Positions 49,185-56,382 of a DNA stretch of 64,000 bases are shown here, piece after piece. Numbering within the stretch: the first letter of the stretch is position 1; each line of letters starts with the position of its first letter. A model generated the notes under the pieces. The model ran no database searches and had not been told where the DNA came from. It was given only the letters and a program-made list of their open reading frames with translations. Source of the DNA: Bacteroidota bacterium (lineage in GTDB: Bacteria; Bacteroidota; Rhodothermia; Rhodothermales; UBA10348); assembly GCA_029262835.1 (NCBI GenBank), contig JAJCYQ010000095.1:71573-135572 (forward strand). The letters run 5' to 3'. The position numbers were made by a program, and so were the translations under genes.

Positions 49185-52085
49185 CTACACGGCGTAAGCG
49201 TTTGACGGCTCGATGTGTGTGAAATGATAGGCCATCCAGGGACCGCTCAGCTGAAATTCGACGCCCATCTGCGCGTACTGCGCGGCAATGGTGTTTACTG
49301 TGGCCCGAAACTCGGCTTCCTTTGCCTCGGATACGAGATAACTGGCGTTCAGTACGATCCGATGCGTAGAGTCGGGACTTCCCGGAACGTTCTTCAGTAA
49401 GCCTTCCGATGCCACACCCAGGATACGCGTGTGCGTATTACCTACGACATTCTGGATCAGTGTTGCCAACTGTGCTTCGTCGGGCGCTTCGGCGCTGAGT
49501 TTGAGTTCCTCTCGAATAAAGCCGGCAACGCCGCGCGTCATGTCATTCAATGAGGCATCGATGCGCGCGTCGGACGCCATAAAATGTTCTCTAAGGGCAT
49601 GCATATCGACGTGCAGTCGCACGCTGAACTCCTTCCGGTTCGAAAGTCTCGACAAGGCGTCCCGGAACGCTTCGTGGCGTTCGGACAGGAAATCGTCCAG
49701 ATCGACTGGGCTTTCGAAGACTTCACCGAACGGGAGCGGTACGAGCGATTCGACGCACGGCAGGGCATTCAGGATTTCGGCGTGTCGCGATACCTGGCCC
49801 TTCGTCCACGATGCATCGGACATCGCCGCTTTGAGTGCACCTCCGCCGAACGTCGAAGCGGGAACGCGTGATGTTACCGCACACAGGTTCTCCCACGTGT
49901 GGAATTGCAGCTCCGAACCGGCTGCCAATCCTTCGATGTTTTTGATGTCCTGCGGATCGAGGGCGTCAATATCCACGACGCCGTATACATAAATCAGTGA
50001 TTGCGTGCTGGTGTTCGGGCTGGAAACAGTTGCCAGTCCAGGAGCCTTGGAAACCGCGCCATCCCCAGGTGCAAACAGTTCGGATACGGCCCAGGGCTTT
50101 GCGGCCTCGTCCTCAATTGGATTATTATCATACTCAGTCTGTGATTGCAGTTCTTCCCCAAGCTGTTCCACCTCAGGCTGTTCCACATCAGGCTGTTCCA
50201 CCTCAGGCTGTTCCACTTCAGGAAGTTCTTTCCCGGCCGTCGCGTGGACATCTACCGGTTCGGGTTCGTCCATGTCAGACAAGGAAGTCCACGACACGCC
50301 TTTGGCTTCAGGTTCCAGCACAGCCGTCATCGCTTTGCGCAGTAGACCCATGTCCTCGCCTGTAGCATTCTTTTCAGCAGACTGTCCGAGTGTACGGAGA
50401 GTATCGGCCAGCACAGTCGCCATGATACGGTCGCGGAGTGATTCCGCGATGAGGCCGATCTCAGGTGCGTCTCCCGGCACCCGATCCATGGCCTCACTCA
50501 CTGACTGCTCCACTTGTCCGAGTGCTTCAAGCGTGTTGGTAGCTACGAGGTGCAACACTTTGTCCTGGAGAGCACGTTCCAGGCGCGCAATTCCTTCTGA
50601 TTGAAGATCCACGCACTCCCACGCTGCTTGGACCACTTCGTCCGTCTGATCAATCTTCTGTTCGGCCATCCGGGCAATCTCATCCTGGAGCCTCGACACC
50701 AACGATTTCCACGCCGCATCGAGACCGGACGTCGCGTCCATTCGCTCGCGCGCCGCGTCAACAATTCGCTGTACATCTGCGAGACGTTCACCGGCCTTCG
50801 CGCCAACTTCGGCAACGAGCATTCCTTCAAGCATGTCAGCCGCCTGTTCGACACCGGCAAGCGATTCGGCCATCCGCGTCCGTGCTTCGGATGAAAGTTT
50901 TTCAACGTGCAACAGGCGCCCTTCAGCCTCGGAGATGACTTCTCCAAGGATGAGCGCCATGGTCGCCTTCACGATCCGCTGGACATCATTGTTCTCGAGT
51001 GGAATGGCAGCAGAAGCACGTGAGGCCATGACCTCCGTATCACTGAGATGCTCACCTGTCAGTGACGCAATGTTCGCGATGAGCAGTTCACGGGCGGCCA
51101 TTACGGCGTTCGAGACGTGCTCCTCACTCTCAACCGCGACGTGGTCTGCCGCTGAGCGTGCCATTGACGCCGGGTTCTGCAATTCTTTTCGCAGTTCGGT
51201 TTCCAGGTGCCGGGTCAAACTGGCCATGGCTGCATCGCGGGCAGCTTCGAGGTCAGGATCGGACGCAGAGATCCAAAGTTCCGCATCGGTAGCCAGTTCC
51301 TCGCGGTTACCAAGCGAGCGGGCGGTACGACGGGCGATATCCTGAATGATGCGTGTGCGCAGGATGGTGGTGGCGGCAATCAGGTCGTCCTGGTCAAAAG
51401 TAATCAGTGCGCGCGCCTCGTGGGACAGGCGATCCGCATCGCCGAGACCGTCGAGCGTGCGATCGGCAATGCGCTGAACAAGCGATTTGCGGACATCGGT
51501 TGCGACCGTTTGTGTCAGATCAGAGGACGCCAAGACTGATTCAATGGTTTGCTCTATCATTTCAGAGCGGTCGCCATGGTCGTCGGAGAGCGACTCCTCT
51601 GACAATGTACGTGCCTTGGCCACGACAGCGGCGTTTACAGCGGAGTCGACATCTACCGTCTGCATGGCGCTTTCCGTCTGCTCGCGTATAAGTTCCTCCA
51701 TCTGCAGCTGAACCTGCTCTTTGACCCGCTGCGTGATGTCCGATGCAATGTCCGGATGTAAATGGAATTCCGGCTGGGCGGTAGCAAGGCTGTCGGCTGC
51801 AAGGGCGTCAATGTCCAGCCCATCCCAGACTGCGCTGGCCTCGGCATCGACCATATCACGGACTTGCCGGGTAGCATGCTCCTTCACCGATGAGGCTTTG
51901 GCAGCGATCATTGTGCGGATTCTCTCGCGTGCAGGTTCGAGATCAATCTCAATGTCCCTGATCTGCTGATCAATCTGCTCCTGGCTGTCGGCCGCCAGCT
52001 CATCGACGGCCTGTTGCATAAGTGTGCGCAGCAACTGCTGCTTGACAGCTGCTCGGGCTTCGTCCATCTGGGGTTGCTGGTTCAT
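49185..52085 (-). CDS. Giant repeat-containing protein with a C-terminal GvpL/GvpF (gas-vesicle protein) domain
   Basis: Single ORF (track 49185..52202). The start is probably the ATG at 52085 (MNQQPQMDEARAAVKQ...). The C-terminal ~270 aa (nt 49185-49997) read LIYVYGVV...CAVTSRVP...QVSRHAEILNAL...LVPLPFGEVFES...NRKEFSVRLHVD...VEFQLSGPWMAYHF, which matches the GvpF/GvpL pattern. The N-terminal ~700 aa are acidic and helical, with ~44-aa repeats. Confidence 0.7.
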   Translation of the reverse strand: MNQQPQMDEARAAVKQQLLRTLMQQAVDELAADSQEQIDQQIRDIEIDLEPARERIRTMIAAKASSVKEHATRQVRDMVDAEASAVWDGLDIDALAADSLATAQPEFHLHPDIASDITQRVKEQVQLQMEELIREQTESAMQTVDVDSAVNAAVVAKARTLSEESLSDDHGDRSEMIEQTIESVLASSDLTQTVATDVRKSLVQRIADRTLDGLGDADRLSHEARALITFDQDDLIAATTILRTRIIQDIARRTARSLGNREELATDAELWISASDPDLEAARDAAMASLTRHLETELRKELQNPASMARSAADHVAVESEEHVSNAVMAARELLIANIASLTGEHLSDTEVMASRASAAIPLENNDVQRIVKATMALILGEVISEAEGRLLHVEKLSSEARTRMAESLAGVEQAADMLEGMLVAEVGAKAGERLADVQRIVDAARERMDATSGLDAAWKSLVSRLQDEIARMAEQKIDQTDEVVQAAWECVDLQSEGIARLERALQDKVLHLVATNTLEALGQVEQSVSEAMDRVPGDAPEIGLIAESLRDRIMATVLADTLRTLGQSAEKNATGEDMGLLRKAMTAVLEPEAKGVSWTSLSDMDEPEPVDVHATAGKELPEVEQPEVEQPDVEQPEVEQLGEELQSQTEYDNNPIEDEAAKPWAVSELFAPGDGAVSKAPGLATVSSPNTSTQSLIYVYGVVDIDALDPQDIKNIEGLAAGSELQFHTWENLCAVTSRVPASTFGGGALKAAMSDASWTKGQVSRHAEILNALPCVESLVPLPFGEVFESPVDLDDFLSERHEAFRDALSRLSNRKEFSVRLHVDMHALREHFMASDARIDASLNDMTRGVAGFIREELKLSAEAPDEAQLATLIQNVVGNTHTRILGVASEGLLKNVPGSPDSTHRIVLNASYLVSEAKEAEFRATVNTIAAQYAQMGVEFQLSGPWMAYHFTHIEPSNAYAV
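50162..50221 (-). repeat. 15-nt tandem repeat x4 (unit gctgttccacNtcag on + strand), encoding (PEVEQ)4
   Basis: Units at 50162-50176, 50177-50191, 50192-50206 and 50207-50221 differ at one position only. They translate on the minus strand to LPEVEQPEVEQPDVEQPEVEQL, in the linker before the GvpL/F domain. Confidence 0.9.
50310..51497 (-). repeat. Array of at least nine degenerate ~44-residue (about 132-nt) protein repeats
   Basis: Manual alignment of consecutive 43-45-aa blocks: DVRKSLVQRIADRTLDGLGDADRLSHEARALITFDQDDLIAATT / ILRTRIIQDIARRTARSLGNREELATDAELWISASDPDLEAARD / ... / ALQDKVLHLVATNTLEALGQVEQSVSEAMDRVPGDAPEIGLIAES / LRDRIMATVLADTLRTLGQSAEKNATGEDMGLLRKAMTAVLEP. The hydrophobic and Leu-Gly positions recur. 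Weaker copies continue N-terminally to about nt 51980. Confidence 0.65.
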
Positions 52086-52338
52086 TGCAGCGCTCTGTGA
52101 GTTCGGTTTGTCGTACCCTCCGCGCATGCAACTCCTGTGCCGGAACGAATACATCCTCCAAACGCCTATTTTGATGCGTTCCGATGCGGTACCCGACCGC
52201 ATTTCTTGCCCCTGTGCGGAAAATTATTCCGCTCCTCTCACGTCAATGAGTCGTGCAACAGCACGCGCCGTTGGAAGTTTGAATGAAAGCCTGCAAGACG
52301 CTTTCCATGCGTGTTACATTGCCTGTTCGTCCGCATCC

Positions 52339-54009
52339 ATGCAAGATCCTATTGTAATGAACAATCAGATTCCTTCTGTTCCGTATCCCGTCAACGAACC
52401 CGTCACATCCTTCGCGCCGGGAACGCCCGAACGTGCAGCCCTTCGGCAGCGTCTGGCGAGCATGAGAAGCGACACGTTCGACATTCCGGCCATCATCGGA
52501 GGCAAGGAATTCCGAACGGGCAAAACCGACCGGGTCGTGGCACCCCATGACCACCGGCTGGACCTCGGTCACATGCATGAGGCTGGACCTGACGAAGTGG
52601 AAAAAGCCGTAGCAGCTGCGCGCGACGCACGGCAGGAGTGGGCCGCGTTGCACTGGACAGACCGGGCCAGCGTGTTTCTGAAGGCGGCCGAATTACTCGC
52701 AGGGCCATGGCGAGATACAATTAATGCGGCGACCATGCTTGGACAGAGCAAAAATCCCATGCAGTCGGAAATAGACGCGGCTTGCGAGCTGATCGATTTT
52801 TGTCGATTCAATGTCCATTTTGCAGAGCAGGTCTATGCGGATCAGCCCATTTCAGATGCCGGGATCTGGAACAGGTCCCAGTATCGTCCCCTTGAAGGCT
52901 TTGTGTTTGCCGTCGCGCCCTTCAATTTCACATCCATTGCCGCCAATCTATTCGTCGCGCCAGCGCTGATGGGCAATACGGTGCTCTGGAAACCTTCTTC
53001 GACGTCGATTCTGAGCGCATACTATCTGTACAAACTGTTCGAGGCGGCGGGACTTCCACCGGGAGTGGTAAACATGCTGCCGGGCGACGGCCCGACAGTC
53101 GGCGACCCTGTTTTTGCGCATCGCGAATTCGCAGGCCTTCACTTCACAGGATCGACGGCAACGTTCCAGCATATGTGGCGAACAATGGGAGCCAATATTG
53201 CCAACTACCGGTCCTATCCCCGCATAGTCGGGGAAACAGGCGGAAAGGATTTCATCCTCATGCACCCCGACGCGGACACTGAAGCCGTGGCAACCGCCAT
53301 CGTACGGGGAGCATTCGAATACCAGGGTCAAAAGTGCTCCGCGGCGTCGCGTGTCTATATCCCCAGATCCCAATGGAATGACGTCCGTGAAAGCCTCACG
53401 TCCCAACTGGCTGAAATAACCGTAGGTCCTGTGGAGGACTTCACGCATTTCATGAATGCAGTCATTGACCAGAAAGCTTTTGACAAGATCACTGGGTATA
53501 TCGAGCACGCCCGTGCCTCATCCGATGCGGAGATCATTGCCGGAGGCACGTATTCGGACAAGGAAGGCTGGTTCATTGACCCCACTGTAATCGTAGCCTC
53601 GGACCCGGGATACAAAACGATGTGCGAGGAGATATTTGGTCCTGTGGTGACCATCCATGTCTATGAAGATCAGGACTTTTCCCGCATGATTGAAGTCATA
53701 GACAACACCAGTCCATACGCACTCACGGGCGCCATATTCGCCCGTGACAGACGCGTCATTGCCGAGGCAACGGCGGCGCTCTCCGATAACGCCGGCAACT
53801 TCTACATCAATGACAAACCAACCGGTGCCGTGGTTGGACAACAGCCCTTCGGTGGCGCTCGCGGGTCGGGCACCAACGACAAGGCAGGCTCCTATATGAA
53901 CCTGCTGCGCTGGGTATCAGCCCGCTCCATCAAGGAAAACCTCAACCCACCGACGCACTTTGCGTACCCGTTCCATCAACCCGATCCAAGCGACATCAAA
54001 CTAACATGA
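52339..54009 (+). CDS. pruA: L-glutamate gamma-semialdehyde (1-pyrroline-5-carboxylate) dehydrogenase
   Basis: Track ORF 52024..54009 trimmed to the ATG at 52339; the ATG at 52357 is also possible. ALDH motifs VGETGGKDF, catalytic Cys GQKCSAASR and EEIFGPV. The N-terminal NEPVTSFAPGTPERAAL and AACELIDFCRFN are typical of PruA-type P5CDH. Confidence 0.9.
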   Translation: MQDPIVMNNQIPSVPYPVNEPVTSFAPGTPERAALRQRLASMRSDTFDIPAIIGGKEFRTGKTDRVVAPHDHRLDLGHMHEAGPDEVEKAVAAARDARQEWAALHWTDRASVFLKAAELLAGPWRDTINAATMLGQSKNPMQSEIDAACELIDFCRFNVHFAEQVYADQPISDAGIWNRSQYRPLEGFVFAVAPFNFTSIAANLFVAPALMGNTVLWKPSSTSILSAYYLYKLFEAAGLPPGVVNMLPGDGPTVGDPVFAHREFAGLHFTGSTATFQHMWRTMGANIANYRSYPRIVGETGGKDFILMHPDADTEAVATAIVRGAFEYQGQKCSAASRVYIPRSQWNDVRESLTSQLAEITVGPVEDFTHFMNAVIDQKAFDKITGYIEHARASSDAEIIAGGTYSDKEGWFIDPTVIVASDPGYKTMCEEIFGPVVTIHVYEDQDFSRMIEVIDNTSPYALTGAIFARDRRVIAEATAALSDNAGNFYINDKPTGAVVGQQPFGGARGSGTNDKAGSYMNLLRWVSARSIKENLNPPTHFAYPFHQPDPSDIKLT

Positions 54010-55022
54010 ATCAACCCTATCGCGTTGTCCAGTATGGACTTGGACCCATTGGACAGTCGTGCCTCAAGACGATCCTGAACAAGCCGCTCGGCATTGAACT
54101 CGTCGGTGCTATCGACATCGACCCCGAAAAAATCGGCAAGGACGTATCTGATCTGATTGACCACCCCCGGCCAACCGGTGTCGTGGTCTCCGGCGATGCC
54201 GATGCCGTGCTTTCGGCCACGCGGCCCGATGTTGTTGTTCACACCACGTCCTCGTTCCTGGCCTCAATGTACGATCAGTTGATCCAGTGCGCGCGGCACG
54301 GTGCCCATGTCGTTTCGTCTACGGAAGAATTGTCCTGGCCCTACCACCGGCACCCTGCCATTTCGGCCGAGTTGGAGCGAGTTGCAGCGGAAAACGGCGT
54401 TTCCATTCTTGGAACGGGCGTAAACCCCGGCTACGCGATGGATGCGCTTGCACTGATGGCGACCGGCGTATGCAACGATGTTTCAAGCGTCATAATCCAT
54501 CGGGAAGTGAATGCCGGACTGCGTCGCCTTCCCCTTCAGCGTAAGGTAGGTGCCGGTATCACGCCACAGGAGTTTGACGAGAAAAAGGCTACTGGACAGT
54601 TCGGGCATATCGGCCTGGTTGAATCGCTATACATGGTGGCTGCTGGGCTCGGATGGGAGTTGGACGCCATGGAAGAGCAGTTGGAACCCGTCATCTCGGA
54701 CACGCACCACGAGACGGACTACCTGAGCGTTATGAAGGGCCAGGTGGCGGGTATTCACCACCATGCGCATGGGTTTGTTCGTGATCAGGAAGTTCTGACA
54801 CTCGACCTGAAAATGTATGTTGGTGCCCCGAATCCCCGTGACGCTGTCCGGGTCGTTGGTGATCCTCCGATTGACCTTGAAATCAAAGGCGGCATTTTTG
54901 GGGATACGGCGACCGTCGCTGCTCTCGTCAATGGCATTCCACTCGTGGCTCAGGCGCAGCCCGGACTGCGGACAGTAGCCGACGTGCCACTACCGCGGGC
55001 GTTTGCCACAACACCCGGCTGA
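54006..55022 (+). CDS. DapB-N-like NAD(P)-binding enzyme of the 2,4-diaminopentanoate / native amine dehydrogenase family
   Basis: 338-aa ORF with an ATGA overlap with pruA. N-terminal Rossmann YRVVQYGLGPIGQSCL...LVGAIDIDPEKIGKD and central GTGVNPGYAMD resemble this family. The substrate is unknown. Confidence 0.65.
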   Translation: MNQPYRVVQYGLGPIGQSCLKTILNKPLGIELVGAIDIDPEKIGKDVSDLIDHPRPTGVVVSGDADAVLSATRPDVVVHTTSSFLASMYDQLIQCARHGAHVVSSTEELSWPYHRHPAISAELERVAAENGVSILGTGVNPGYAMDALALMATGVCNDVSSVIIHREVNAGLRRLPLQRKVGAGITPQEFDEKKATGQFGHIGLVESLYMVAAGLGWELDAMEEQLEPVISDTHHETDYLSVMKGQVAGIHHHAHGFVRDQEVLTLDLKMYVGAPNPRDAVRVVGDPPIDLEIKGGIFGDTATVAALVNGIPLVAQAQPGLRTVADVPLPRAFATTPG

Positions 55023-55093
55023 TCCACTATCGAGATCCCACACGATTGAAGTCATACCGATCCCGCAGACATCCCGGTGGGCGCCCACGCCCC

Positions 55094-55465
55094 ATGGTAT
55101 TCGCATCGGAGCTGGTGCGTCCACTGGGTGTGTGCATGCTGCCCGTCATGGTCGTGACGCTTTTCGCCATGCTCGAGGGACAGCAGGTGCTCTCAGCCAT
55201 TTACGTCGGATTTCCCGTTGCCCTCTCCTTGGCCGCAGCCTGGACATGGATCAGAATCAGAGACATCATCGTGGAAATACACGTGGGTGAAGATCGCATT
55301 GCGGTGCGCTCCCTCTACGATGCCGCAATGCCCGAAAAGGACCTGCACTGGTCTCGGCTTCTGGATGCGCGTCGTGACGGCACTCGCCTGTCCTTGCAGG
55401 TCGGTCACGAGGAGTTCCGGTTGGAAGAACATGATTGGGACCTGCTTCCTGTCCAGATCTCATGA
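55094..55465 (+). CDS. Small membrane protein, two TM helices plus a PH-like (bPH_2/DUF304-like) C-terminal domain
   Basis: Track ORF 55046..55465 trimmed to the ATG at 55094. Hydrophobic segments LGVCMLPVMVVTLFAML and IYVGFPVALSLAAAWTWI are followed by ~70 soluble residues. Its TGA overlaps the GntR ATG. The domain call is tentative. Confidence 0.5.
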   Translation: MVFASELVRPLGVCMLPVMVVTLFAMLEGQQVLSAIYVGFPVALSLAAAWTWIRIRDIIVEIHVGEDRIAVRSLYDAAMPEKDLHWSRLLDARRDGTRLSLQVGHEEFRLEEHDWDLLPVQIS

Positions 55466-56382
55466 TCCGTGTCGATACACAGGACGACCTACCCATTTAC
55501 CGGCAGCTTGTCGAATCCATCAGGTACGAAATAGCGTCCGGCGTGTATGCACCTTCTGAAGTCATGCCGGCCACGCGCGCTCTTGCACGTGAGCTTGACG
55601 TATCATTCCACACGATCCGTCGCGCCTACGGCATCCTGGTCGAAGAAGGTGTGCTGGCATCCCAGCCTGGAAAAGGATTTGTCGTCGTGGGTCCGGCCGC
55701 ACTCGGTAAGTCGGAACGCATGGAACTCGGTGCCCGCATAGTGTCAGGAGCCCTGCAACGCATGACAGGCATCGGTTTGGATGACTCAGAGATCGCCTAC
55801 CTCATGGAAGAGCAGCGATCCCTGTTGGATTTTGATCAGCGTGGTAAAAGGGTCGTCGTCGCGGCGGAATACCAGGAACTGGCTGAGGCTGCATTGGAGG
55901 TGGCATCACTCATGACGGGCAACATCGTTGAGATCATGGATCTGGAATCGATCGATGCCCGCTTGGAAGCGGATGTGATCCTTGTTCCGATGTCTCGTCT
56001 CGCGTCAACGAAATCCCAAAACGCGCGCGCTGAAGTGTTGGGATTCCAACATGCATTCGCCGAAGAATCTCTTATGGCTATCTCCGCCCTGATGGACCGC
56101 GAGACGCTCGGGCTGATTACCAGGTACCCTGACGCAATCGGCCCCGTGTCCCAACAGATACGGCTTCTTACAGGGTTCAAGGGACAGATCCTTGCAACAG
56201 CTGTTAGTGGACATGATATACAGGTCGATACCATAGCGGCTGCCTCGGACCTGGTGATCTACACGAAAGGTGCGTCGAGGACCGTCCGCCGGGTCGGCCC
56301 CGACTCGTGGCACGCGCTCATGGAGCTGGACATCCACCTGACGACATCATCCGTCGAGCGCGTCCGAAATCTTTTCCGTTGA
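55462..56382 (+). CDS. GntR-family transcriptional regulator with a ~230-aa uncharacterised C-terminal domain
   Basis: Trimmed to the ATG at 55462. The winged HTH reads IYRQLVESIRYEIASGVYAPSEVMPATRALARELDVSFHTIRRAYGILVEEGVLASQPGKGFVV. Confidence 0.8.
   Translation: MIRVDTQDDLPIYRQLVESIRYEIASGVYAPSEVMPATRALARELDVSFHTIRRAYGILVEEGVLASQPGKGFVVVGPAALGKSERMELGARIVSGALQRMTGIGLDDSEIAYLMEEQRSLLDFDQRGKRVVVAAEYQELAEAALEVASLMTGNIVEIMDLESIDARLEADVILVPMSRLASTKSQNARAEVLGFQHAFAEESLMAISALMDRETLGLITRYPDAIGPVSQQIRLLTGFKGQILATAVSGHDIQVDTIAAASDLVIYTKGASRTVRRVGPDSWHALMELDIHLTTSSVERVRNLFR

Noticed and set aside
111-50221. Short tandem repeats (15-18 nt units at 111-157, 11739-11786 and 50162-50221) considered as possible CRISPR or other non-coding arrays
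   Set aside because: The units are contiguous with no spacers, are multiples of 3 nt, and sit in frame inside infB, rpsA and the GvpL/F gene. They are coding low-complexity repeats, not CRISPRs.
52086-52338. The 253-nt divergent intergenic region, with small hairpins (CGGAACG...CGTTCCG; ATGCGG-tacccga-CCGCAT), considered as a riboswitch or sRNA
   Set aside because: The stems are short, no known riboswitch core is recognisable, and no U-tract follows. This is most simply two divergent promoters plus leaders.
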